Source: a virus
Taxonomy: Duplodnaviria; Caudoviricetes
Length of the DNA: 55,050 bases
Strand: one strand, 5' to 3'
Virus record (IMG/VR): IMGVR_UViG_3300025137_005047
Coordinates: 1 to 55,050 of that record
In this document: piece after piece, positions 38,968 to 46,457 of the stretch
How positions within the stretch are numbered: position 1 is the first letter of the stretch
Layout: every line of letters starts with the position of its first letter
Made by a program: the position numbers and the translations under genes
Notes under the pieces: generated by a model
The model's input: only the letters and a program-made list of their open reading frames with translations
Told to the model about the DNA's origin: nothing
Database searches by the model: none

Positions 38968-40092
38968 ATGAGTGTATTTAATAGTACCAAAAAAAACCAT
39001 CTAGAAAGCAAAGCATTTTTAGACCCTAGTGGCGGTGTGAATATTCAAAGATACGATGCAGTTAAGTATAAAGCATTTGATAAGTTAACAGATAAGCAGT
39101 TAGGATTCTTTTGGAGACCAGAAGAAGTTGATATTGGCAAAGACAACAAAGACTTTAAAGACTTGACAGCACATGAACAACATATTTTTACTGCTAACTT
39201 AAAAAGACAGATTTTATTAGATAGTGTACAAGGAAGAGCACCAACAGAAGCATTTGGTCCTTTAATTAGTATACCAGAATTAGAAGCATGGGTACAAACA
39301 TGGACATTTAGTGAAACAATACATAGTAGAAGTTACACACATATTATTAGAAATGTATATCCAGACCCAAGTAAAATATTTGACGAAATGTTAGATATAA
39401 AAGAAATTACAGATTGTTCAGACGACATTAGTAAGAACTATGATGACCTTATTCAAACAAGTTTAGCATTTCAACTAATGGGAGAAGGAACACATACTAT
39501 TAACGGTAAAAAAGTTGAAGTTGACTTATACGACTTAAAGAGAAAACTTTGGTTAACAATTAATAGTGTTAATATATTAGAAGGAATTCGTTTTTATGTT
39601 TCATTTGCTTGTAGTTGGGCATTCGCTGAACTGAAAAAAATGGAAGGTAATGCTAAAATTATTAAATTTATTTGTAGAGATGAAAATGTACATTTGGCAT
39701 CTACACAACAGATGATTAAACTATTACCAAAAGACGATAAAGACTTTGCTAAAATCCAAAAAGAAACAAAAGCAGAATGTGAACAGATGTTTGCTGATGC
39801 AGTTAAGCAAGAATGTGATTGGGCTGAATACTTATTTAAAGACGGATCTATGATTGGTCTTAATGCTCAACTATTAAAAGACTATGTAGAATGGACTGCT
39901 CACAAACGTATGTTAGCAGTTGGTTTAACAAGTCCTTATAAAGGAGGATCTAATCCTTTACCTTGGACACAAAATTGGATTAGTGGAGCAGAAGTACAAG
40001 TTGCACCGCAAGAAACTGAAATTAGTTCTTATGTTACTGGTGGAACAAAACAAGACGTAGATACAGAAACATTTAAAGGATTTAGTTTATGA
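38968..40092 (+). CDS. nrdB: Ribonucleotide reductase class Ia beta subunit
   Basis: FFWRPEE, LDSVQGR, ETIHSRSY, LEGIRFY, DENVH, APQETE..SY. Confidence 0.95.
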   Translation: MSVFNSTKKNHLESKAFLDPSGGVNIQRYDAVKYKAFDKLTDKQLGFFWRPEEVDIGKDNKDFKDLTAHEQHIFTANLKRQILLDSVQGRAPTEAFGPLISIPELEAWVQTWTFSETIHSRSYTHIIRNVYPDPSKIFDEMLDIKEITDCSDDISKNYDDLIQTSLAFQLMGEGTHTINGKKVEVDLYDLKRKLWLTINSVNILEGIRFYVSFACSWAFAELKKMEGNAKIIKFICRDENVHLASTQQMIKLLPKDDKDFAKIQKETKAECEQMFADAVKQECDWAEYLFKDGSMIGLNAQLLKDYVEWTAHKRMLAVGLTSPYKGGSNPLPWTQNWISGAEVQVAPQETEISSYVTGGTKQDVDTETFKGFSL

Positions 40093-40343
40093 TCGAAATA
40101 TGGGGGAAACCAATGTGTCCTTCTTGCAACAAAGCAAAAGCACTTTGCGAGAATAGAGGATACAAGTATGTTTACAAACAACTTGGTGTCGACTTCCAAA
40201 GAGAACAAGTCATGGAAGAATTTCCAGGTGCTAGAACATTTCCACAAATAAAAGTATTCTCAACAAAAGTTGGTGGATATGAACAATTACTAGAATACAT
40301 CGACAATACCGGCTATAATGGCACAGGTGAATCAATAGGATAA
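40089..40343 (+). CDS. Glutaredoxin
   Basis: CPSC, TFPQI, VGGY. Confidence 0.9.
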   Translation: MIEIWGKPMCPSCNKAKALCENRGYKYVYKQLGVDFQREQVMEEFPGARTFPQIKVFSTKVGGYEQLLEYIDNTGYNGTGESIG

Positions 40344-40346
40344 ATT

Positions 40347-40670
40347 ATGTTACAAGAACAAGGGCTAAAAGACCAAGTAATTACATTCAAGTTAATTACT
40401 GGCGAAGAAGTTATCACAAAAGTTACAGAAGAACACACAGATAAGTTTATGGTAGAAAAACCATTTGCTTTTATCATGCAAAAACAAGGACCAGCAATGG
40501 CTCCTATGTTTATTAGTGTTGATTGGGAAAACGAGAAAATCGTTATATTTAAGAGTGCAGTCACAATGGTAGCAAAACCTAAGAAAGAAATGGCTGATAG
40601 TTACGAACAAGTAACAAAACAACTGTCAAGTAAGCTCATTACACCTGAAAAACCTAAGATAATTACTTAA
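40347..40670 (+). CDS. Sm-like small phage protein
   Basis: KLITGEEVI, Y.Q..S.LI.P pattern. Confidence 0.55.
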   Translation: MLQEQGLKDQVITFKLITGEEVITKVTEEHTDKFMVEKPFAFIMQKQGPAMAPMFISVDWENEKIVIFKSAVTMVAKPKKEMADSYEQVTKQLSSKLITPEKPKIIT

Positions 40671-40694
40671 TTTACAACGTTTTTAAGAAAAAGG

Positions 40695-40724
40695 TTGACA
40701 TTTAGTGCGAAAACGTGCTATATT
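40695..40724 (+). promoter_or_regulatory. Early promoter
   Basis: AAAAAGG-TTGACA, 18-nt spacer, TGc-TATATT. Confidence 0.65.
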
Positions 40725-40771
40725 AATAAAGTTAGTTAACATTAACATTTATTAATAGAAAAGGAGTTAAC

Positions 40772-41029
40772 ATGATGACTAAAGCAATCGGAACAAAGTT
40801 CTTTAAAGAAGGAACTCAAAATCAACAAATCCTAGCAAACTATTGGGGTAACGGTTCAACGTTTACTGCTGATGATCTAAGGTCAGACTTAGGTATCGCA
40901 TCTCCAGGTGCAAGGTTAACTGAATTAAGAGAAGCAGGCTTTAATGTAAAAGCAACTGCATCAGATTCAGGATCCGTTGGAAGACCAGCGGCAACTTACT
41001 CTATTCCAAGACGTAGAGTAGTAGCATAA
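40772..41029 (+). CDS. Winged HTH DNA-binding protein
   Basis: GIASPGARLTELREAGF...GRP..TY; AAGGAG RBS. Confidence 0.7.
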   Translation: MMTKAIGTKFFKEGTQNQQILANYWGNGSTFTADDLRSDLGIASPGARLTELREAGFNVKATASDSGSVGRPAATYSIPRRRVVA

Positions 41030-41050
41030 TTATTTTAAAATAATTTAATT

Positions 41051-41082
41051 AAAGGCCCTATAGAAATATGGGGCCTTTTTTT
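41051..41082 (+). terminator. Rho-independent terminator (possibly bidirectional)
   Basis: AAAGGCCCTA / TGGGGCCTTT stem followed by T tract, between convergent genes. Confidence 0.75.
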
Positions 41083-41090
41083 GTGACTGA

Positions 41091-41167
41091 TGGTAGCAGA
41101 GGCTGGGATCGAACCAACGACCTCCGGCTTATGAGTCCGGCGCTCTAACCAACTGAGCTACTCTGCC
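41091..41167 (-). tRNA. tRNA with CAT anticodon, most likely elongator tRNA-Met
   Basis: Reverse complement GGCAGAGTAGCTCAGTTGGTTAGAGCGCCGGACTCATAAGCCGGAGGTCGTTGGTTCGATCCCAGCCTCTGCTACCA folds as a cloverleaf with encoded CCA and G1-U72. Confidence 0.93.
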
Positions 41168-41176
41168 ATTATTTGA

Positions 41177-41575
41177 TTAAACTGCTATATGTAAGGTTGA
41201 TGGTTGGATTTCTATTTCGGTTAAACCGTTTTCTCTATCCAAATATTTGTAATCTACTTTAACAGGATTATATTGTTTTAACCAATCAAATACAATCTGT
41301 GGATCAAACTCTCCACAAGTATATACGTCTAGTTGTAGATTAGCAGGACTAGATTCGTCCCATGAATGTAATACTATATGTGAAGTTTCAATTATTGTTG
41401 CAACAGTAAGTCCTCTATTGCCTTGCATATTGCAGTATTTGGCATATGGACCCATAAGTATTTTCATACCTATACGTTCAATTAATTCTTTTACACTTTG
41501 AGAAGTACTTCCTTCTTCAAGTGGCGGGTTAACAACTTCTGCCCTAATGATAATATGCTTATGTACAAGTTCCAT
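41177..41575 (-). CDS. speD: S-adenosylmethionine decarboxylase proenzyme
   Basis: G.T....IETSHI.LHSW.E....LQLDVYTC; start at ATG 41575 after AAGGA. Confidence 0.8.
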   Translation of the reverse strand: MELVHKHIIIRAEVVNPPLEEGSTSQSVKELIERIGMKILMGPYAKYCNMQGNRGLTVATIIETSHIVLHSWDESSPANLQLDVYTCGEFDPQIVFDWLKQYNPVKVDYKYLDRENGLTEIEIQPSTLHIAV

Positions 41576-41582
41576 AAAATCC

Positions 41583-41777
41583 TTAACATTGTCCGAATGG
41601 TAATGGGTTGCCATCTTTACCGAGAATTAATTCTCCGTTAATAGCACCACACATTCTTCCGTTTGCATTAGGACCGTAATATTTTACGGGCTTTACTTCG
41701 TGTAGTTCACCGTTAGCATCTTTTCTCATCTTCTTGTTATGCACAGAGATGATACCACGTTGTTTGATTCCTGCCAT
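41583..41777 (-). CDS. Small basic hypothetical protein
   Basis: AAGGA RBS; part of a tightly packed minus-strand operon. Confidence 0.6.
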   Translation of the reverse strand: MAGIKQRGIISVHNKKMRKDANGELHEVKPVKYYGPNANGRMCGAINGELILGKDGNPLPFGQC

Positions 41778-41789
41778 TTTAAATCCTTA

Positions 41790-41945
41790 CTAGGACTTGC
41801 GTTTTTTCTTCATACCCATGTAGTTTTTACTTGGCTCATAGTTCCATTTCATACCATGATGACCTCTACAATCAGCATAAAACATACGCAGTCTTACTAT
41901 TGCTCTTACTATTGGTCTTAATAGTGGGTTAGTTTGTACTGTCAC
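41790..41945 (-). CDS. 51-aa ORF absent from the ORF track (MTVQTNPLL...RMFYADCRGHHGMKWNYEP...KKKRKS)
   Basis: GTG-started ORF exactly filling the gap between two minus-strand genes. Confidence 0.55.
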   Translation of the reverse strand: MTVQTNPLLRPIVRAIVRLRMFYADCRGHHGMKWNYEPSKNYMGMKKKRKS

Positions 41946-41950
41946 GTCGT

Positions 41951-42199
41951 TTATTTTCCAATCTTTGCTCTTGCGGCTTTCTTCTTTGCTTCTATTATTG
42001 CCGCTTGTCTTATTTTTCTACCTAACGGTAATTTTTGTGTTATTTCGTATATTCCGCCCTTTTTGGCTTCCCATTCAACTCTAACAGCCTTACTCTCTGT
42101 ACCGCCTTGAAAAGATTTTACTGCTTTTCTATAAGACATAGATTCGATTGTCTTTGTTTCTTCGCCATCGATGAACGTGTAAGTTCTCATCTTCGCCAT
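41951..42199 (-). CDS. Small basic hypothetical protein
   Basis: AGGGG RBS; first gene of the minus-strand operon. Confidence 0.65.
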   Translation of the reverse strand: MAKMRTYTFIDGEETKTIESMSYRKAVKSFQGGTESKAVRVEWEAKKGGIYEITQKLPLGRKIRQAAIIEAKKKAARAKIGK

Positions 42200-42286
42200 T
42201 TTTTTGCCCCTGATTAATCTTATTAGTCTTTTTACAGAATACTTATCATCTTTTTATAAAAGTAGTACTTTATTTGTACCTTATTT

Positions 42287-42319
42287 GGTTGACATTGTCA
42301 ACCTTTTAGTATATAAATA
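42287..42319 (+). promoter_or_regulatory. tmRNA promoter with palindromic -35 and overlapping late motif
   Basis: GGTTGACA-T-TGTCAACC palindrome; TTGACA, 17-nt spacer, TATAAATA. Confidence 0.55.
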
Positions 42320-42325
42320 TATATA

Positions 42326-42386
42326 GAACGTTGAAGCAATTTGAACGTTAGACTGGACCCGGGTGCGATTCCCGGCATCTCCACCA
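42326..42386 (+). ncRNA. ssrA: tmRNA acceptor piece (3' part of permuted two-piece ssrA); 5' end approximate
   Basis: GGAC-CCGGG-TGCGATT-CCCGG (T arm)-CATCTCC-A-CCA. Confidence 0.9.
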
Positions 42387-42401
42387 ATAAAAGGAAGTGT
42401 A

Positions 42402-42740
42402 ATGGAATTTATGAAGAAGAACATAGGCTGGTTTTTGCTAATAGTATTAGCAATTGGTATTTGGGCAGGTCATTCTGAGCCGTCCGACGACTATCCAGTG
42501 TTTATATTTTATCTGATGATTCCAGTAGTATTATGGAAAGTCCCTCCTTTTAGTTTTAGCGATAAAACTTTTGCTTGGGCAGGAAGACAAGACCCGTTAG
42601 GTACAAAAAAGGCTACCCGTAATTTTTTAAAGGGTAAAAAATGGTACTGGTGGGTAGGTTATACCATTCTATTATGGGGTATAGCAAGTCTTCTTATTAG
42701 TTTAATATCTGGTACACCAACGTTGGTTCTTATCGGATAA
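42402..42740 (+). CDS. 112-aa membrane protein encoded within the tmRNA intervening segment
   Basis: AAGGAAG RBS at 42391-97, ATG 42402, about 3 hydrophobic helices, TAA ending 7 nt before tmRNA G1. Confidence 0.75.
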   Translation: MEFMKKNIGWFLLIVLAIGIWAGHSEPSDDYPVFIFYLMIPVVLWKVPPFSFSDKTFAWAGRQDPLGTKKATRNFLKGKKWYWWVGYTILLWGIASLLISLISGTPTLVLIG

Positions 42741-42747
42741 ACAGAAT

Positions 42748-42925
42748 GGGGATGAACAGGATCGACAGGTAACAACTAGGATCGGTGGAGTTCTCGGTAG
42801 GCGATGACCGTAAATCAAGCAAACTTTTAAATGCAAACACTATGTTCGCAAATGAGGATTTAGCCCTAGCGGCTTAATCTATCGGGGTTGGCAACGTACC
42901 TGGCAACAGAAATCGTTGCACTGTA
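42748..42925 (+). ncRNA. ssrA: tmRNA coding piece (5' part of permuted ssrA); tag (A)ANTMFANEDLALAA; 3' end approximate
   Basis: GGGGATG-AACAGGATCGAC start pairs with CATCTCC, including G3-U70; resume codon GCA at 42833, TAA at 42875-77; CTGGCAACAGAA near 3' end. Confidence 0.9.
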
Positions 42926-43018
42926 TCAATTTAGATATGGGTGACAATATAACTACAACCGCACTGGTAGTGATACAAATTCTAATTGCACACGTTTCAG
43001 TGGACGTGACGAACAAAC

Positions 43019-43074
43019 ACAAGATACATGACAAAAGAAACAAGAAACAAGTAACAAGATCCAACGATAACAAG
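43019..43074 (+). repeat. Five ACAAG motifs in an A/C-rich tract
   Basis: ACAAG at 43019, 43040, 43047, 43054 and 43070. Confidence 0.6.
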
Positions 43075-43095
43075 AAACGATTTTACTAAAAAATT

Positions 43096-43127
43096 AAAAG
43101 CCTACCTAACCCGTAGGCTTTTTTTTT
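43096..43127 (+). terminator. Rho-independent terminator closing the tmRNA transcript
   Basis: AAAAGCCTAC / GTAGGCTTTT followed by T tract. Confidence 0.85.
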
Positions 43128-43163
43128 GTTAAATAGTACCACTAAAGGCAGAGGAGAATTATC

Positions 43164-44222
43164 ATGCCACCGCGTAATCATAAAAATTGGATAAAAGAAC
43201 CTAACGTAGAATATGTAAGCAGTGAAATATATTCTAGTCAAAAGATATTTGAAGAAGAAATTGAACACATTTTTAGTAAAGTATGGGTACCAGTATGCCA
43301 TATTAGCGAAATGTATAATAAGTTAGATTATCGCACATCACAAATTGCTGGATATAATATTATTGTTTATAATACAGGTAATGAAGTCAAAGCATATCGT
43401 AATTACGGTAGTTGGGCACCTACGGGAACATTACAAGCACCTATTGTAACAAGTGAAACACCTTTATACTGTGAAGTTAAACATGGAGGTATGGTATGGG
43501 TAACATTAGATCCTAACCCTACAATGGATGTAGAACAATGGACGGCAGGAGCATTCGATTGTATTGCTGAAGCAATTGATACAGAAGAACTAGAAATCTT
43601 CCATTATCATAAAGCAGTTATTCCTACTAACTATAAACTATGGCATGATACAAATAGTGAATTCTATCATGACTTTATGCATTACTTTAATAGAGTAACC
43701 GGTTTCAATGATGAGTATTTTGCTAGAAAGAATATTCCCTTTGATAACGGACACGTTAACGTAAGTAGTTTTACTGTTAACTATACTGAATTTGACAAAG
43801 AAGGTGACAGAGGAGAGTTAAGTTTTCCTAACTTACCACCGAACCAATGGTACATGGTAGATTTGTTTCCAGGCTTTAACTTTAATTTACGTGGTAGTGC
43901 TTATCGGTCAGATAGTGTTACACCTCTTGGACCAAACAAGGTTCTTATAGAGTTTAGAGGATATGGATTAAGAAAAGACACACCAGAAGAAAGACAAACT
44001 CGTATTAAACATCATAATACTATTTGGGGACCTTTTGGGCGTAACCTACATGAAGATTTATTAGGTGTAACAGGACAAGGTGCATCTATGGCACCAGGTA
44101 CTGAACGTAGAAACATACTACATGGTAGACATGAAAATAGCACAATACACGATGAAGTTGGTATGCGTCATTACTATGCTGAATGGGGAAAACATCTAGA
44201 TTTAAATCCGGCTAATCCATAA
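43164..44222 (+). CDS. Ring-hydroxylating (Rieske-type) oxygenase alpha subunit lacking the Rieske cluster ligands
   Basis: E...IF...WVPVCH.SE, NYKL...N.EFYH..MH, LFP.F, ED; no CxH...CxxH. Confidence 0.75.
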   Translation: MPPRNHKNWIKEPNVEYVSSEIYSSQKIFEEEIEHIFSKVWVPVCHISEMYNKLDYRTSQIAGYNIIVYNTGNEVKAYRNYGSWAPTGTLQAPIVTSETPLYCEVKHGGMVWVTLDPNPTMDVEQWTAGAFDCIAEAIDTEELEIFHYHKAVIPTNYKLWHDTNSEFYHDFMHYFNRVTGFNDEYFARKNIPFDNGHVNVSSFTVNYTEFDKEGDRGELSFPNLPPNQWYMVDLFPGFNFNLRGSAYRSDSVTPLGPNKVLIEFRGYGLRKDTPEERQTRIKHHNTIWGPFGRNLHEDLLGVTGQGASMAPGTERRNILHGRHENSTIHDEVGMRHYYAEWGKHLDLNPANP

Positions 44223-44253
44223 AGATAAGTACTACTATAATAAGAGGTAATCA

Positions 44254-45003
44254 ATGATATTATGTAGTGGTTGTAGTTATACAATTGGATCACACAAAAA
44301 TGAACTCGGGGTAGATGTTGATTATAAACACTGGCCCGATTTTATACCAAATTCTAAAAATGTAGCAATAGGTGGAGCAGGTAATAGATTAATTGCCCGT
44401 ACTATTCTAGAGAATATAAGCCACGAGTGTAACGCAGTAATTGTTATGTGGAGTACTGTTGAACGTTATGACTGGTATATGCCTGAATATAATGCATACA
44501 AATCAGAAGGTGCAAGTTACACAGGACCTAAAGAGAATTACTTAAAATATTTTTATACAGATTTTAATCAACTTGCAAAAACACTAGAATATATTCTACT
44601 AGTACAACAAACTTGTAGAGTTAGAAATATTCCACTTATAATGACACATATGGGAGATATGCGTTATGGAGATTGGGATATGGATAAAGCATATGGAATT
44701 GGTAGAGCTGAAGATGGCAAAGGTGCAAATAGGGTTAAGTACGACTCGTCAATTGATAGAGAACCGATATTGTCATTTGAACAAAAATTACAAACTGACA
44801 AAGAACGTAAATTTATTAAAACATTAATGGAACAAGTTGACTGGAGTAAATGGATATTTCATAAAGACTATGGCGGATTTTGGCAGTTTACAAATGACGG
44901 AGGTTACGACTGGATTGCATACCATCCGCCAGAACAAGCACATAAAGATTGGGTTGAACAATATATTATCCCAAGACTAAAACAACTAAATATTAGCATA
45001 TAA
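44254..45003 (+). CDS. SGNH-hydrolase-like phage protein
   Basis: GCSYT, NVA.GGAGN, VMWS...R, HP...AH. Confidence 0.6.
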   Translation: MILCSGCSYTIGSHKNELGVDVDYKHWPDFIPNSKNVAIGGAGNRLIARTILENISHECNAVIVMWSTVERYDWYMPEYNAYKSEGASYTGPKENYLKYFYTDFNQLAKTLEYILLVQQTCRVRNIPLIMTHMGDMRYGDWDMDKAYGIGRAEDGKGANRVKYDSSIDREPILSFEQKLQTDKERKFIKTLMEQVDWSKWIFHKDYGGFWQFTNDGGYDWIAYHPPEQAHKDWVEQYIIPRLKQLNISI

Positions 45004-45027
45004 TCAACCAACTAACCCAGGAGGGTT

Positions 45028-45171
45028 ATGAAATTATACAAGGGGCATGAAGCCCATGAGACACAACCAAAGAAAACAAGTATTGGAAATAATCATAGTA
45101 GAACAAAGTTTAGTTCTATGAATAAAAGTAAAAAACGATCTTATAAAAAATATAAGGGTCAAGGAAAATAA
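45028..45171 (+). CDS. 47-aa basic protein (…KKTSIG…SSMNKSKKRSYKKYKGQGK), absent from the ORF track
   Basis: AGGAGGG RBS; the C-terminal KKYxGQG motif is typical of a small conserved T4-like phage protein. Confidence 0.75.
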   Translation: MKLYKGHEAHETQPKKTSIGNNHSRTKFSSMNKSKKRSYKKYKGQGK

Positions 45172-45174
45172 AAA

Positions 45175-45606
45175 ATGTACGAGTATAAATGTAAAATATT
45201 AAGAGTAGTTGACGGAGACACAGTTGACGTTGATATTGACTTAGGTTTCGGAATGTGGATGCACAAAGAACGTGTTCGCATGATGGGAATAGACACACCA
45301 GAATCTAGAACAAGAGATAAAGTTGAAAAAAAATTCGGACTTGCATCAAAGCAAAGACTTAAAGACTTACTACCAGTTGGATCAATCCAAACTCTCAAAA
45401 CAGAGATTGACCGAAGCGGTGAAGATAAAAAAGGAAAGTTTGGGAGAATTCTTGGAGACTTCATCGTTGAAGATAAGCGATGCACTGCGATACTTATTAA
45501 AGAGGGATATGCTGTAGCATATTCTGGCGGTTCTAAAGATGCTATTACAAAACAACATATGAAAAATAGAACAAGGCTAGTTAAAGCAGGCGTTGTTACT
45601 CTTTAA
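45175..45606 (+). CDS. Thermonuclease (SNase-like)
   Basis: VVDGDTV, RVR..GIDTPE, GKFGRILG. Confidence 0.85.
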   Translation: MYEYKCKILRVVDGDTVDVDIDLGFGMWMHKERVRMMGIDTPESRTRDKVEKKFGLASKQRLKDLLPVGSIQTLKTEIDRSGEDKKGKFGRILGDFIVEDKRCTAILIKEGYAVAYSGGSKDAITKQHMKNRTRLVKAGVVTL

Positions 45607-46385
45607 TGAAGAAAGTTGCTATTATACTTACAGGCGACCCACGGCACTTGGACTTCTGTTTAAGATGGTGGCAAAATTTAGTAGATAACTCTACATACGA
45701 TATACAATTTTTTAGTAGTATATGGAAAACAGATAATTTACATTTACCTAAATTTAAAGAAACTTCAGTTACAGAAGACGAAGTATTAGAAAATGAACAT
45801 TTATGTTCTGATGAATTAAAAGAATATTTAAATAATCCTTACGAAACACATTTAAAAACAACTGTTAGATTTGATTACTATTTTGGTAGGTTAATCATGT
45901 TAAACAAGATTTTAAAATTATACAAAAATACAATACAAGATGCAGATGTAATACTTCATGCTCGTTGGGATTGCGCCATTAGAAACACAAATTTCTTCCA
46001 GGACTTTGTTACTAAAGCATATGAAACACAAAGTTATGTATTCACAGGAGTACAACCTGAGAAACATGGATTATTACACACAAATGATTGGTTATATGCA
46101 GGACCAACTTCACATTTTATAAAAGATTACAATTCAGAGTCATTACAAAAGCACATACAGTTATTTGACGAATATTATAAGGAAAACGAAGTAAAAGCAA
46201 AATCTTACTTAATAGGACACAACTTTTACGGGACGTTTTTACAACACTCAGGTGCGGAAATACAACATTTTGGTTGCGATTCTACACTAGTAAGGGATAA
46301 TAACTTGGGCATAAGTGCTAACTTTGACGATACATGGGCAAAATTACTAGAAATTTACCTAGAAAGCCTTAAAAATAGGGGATAA
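45606..46385 (+). CDS. Glycosyltransferase-like hypothetical protein
   Basis: KVAIILTG.PR, D....ARWD, ND..Y.G. Confidence 0.45.
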   Translation: MKKVAIILTGDPRHLDFCLRWWQNLVDNSTYDIQFFSSIWKTDNLHLPKFKETSVTEDEVLENEHLCSDELKEYLNNPYETHLKTTVRFDYYFGRLIMLNKILKLYKNTIQDADVILHARWDCAIRNTNFFQDFVTKAYETQSYVFTGVQPEKHGLLHTNDWLYAGPTSHFIKDYNSESLQKHIQLFDEYYKENEVKAKSYLIGHNFYGTFLQHSGAEIQHFGCDSTLVRDNNLGISANFDDTWAKLLEIYLESLKNRG

Positions 46386-46393
46386 TTAACCGG

Positions 46394-46421
46394 TTGACAG
46401 ATACCTATAAGATGCTATAAT
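46394..46421 (+). promoter_or_regulatory. Early promoter (extended -10)
   Basis: GG-TTGACA, 16-nt spacer, TGc-TATAAT. Confidence 0.75.
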
Positions 46422-46457
46422 GAAAGAGTAAGTTAAAACAAAGATAAGGAGATATCT

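Noticed and set aside
36636-40092. Introns or inteins in nrdA/nrdB (also uvsX and helicases)
   Set aside because: The ORFs are continuous and of normal length.
42355-42386. tRNA-like 3' fragment as an attP/attR scar or pseudo-tRNA
   Set aside because: It pairs exactly with the downstream GGGGATG, including G3-U70. No second 3' end follows the tag region and no integrase is present, so a permuted tmRNA explains it better.
42363-42401. ORF-track GTG start for the 125-aa ORF
   Set aside because: It lies inside the tmRNA T arm and acceptor stem; ATG 42402 has a proper RBS.
43011-43080. Mini-CRISPR array in the ACAAG tract
   Set aside because: The repeats are 5-7 nt with irregular short spacing, not CRISPR geometry.
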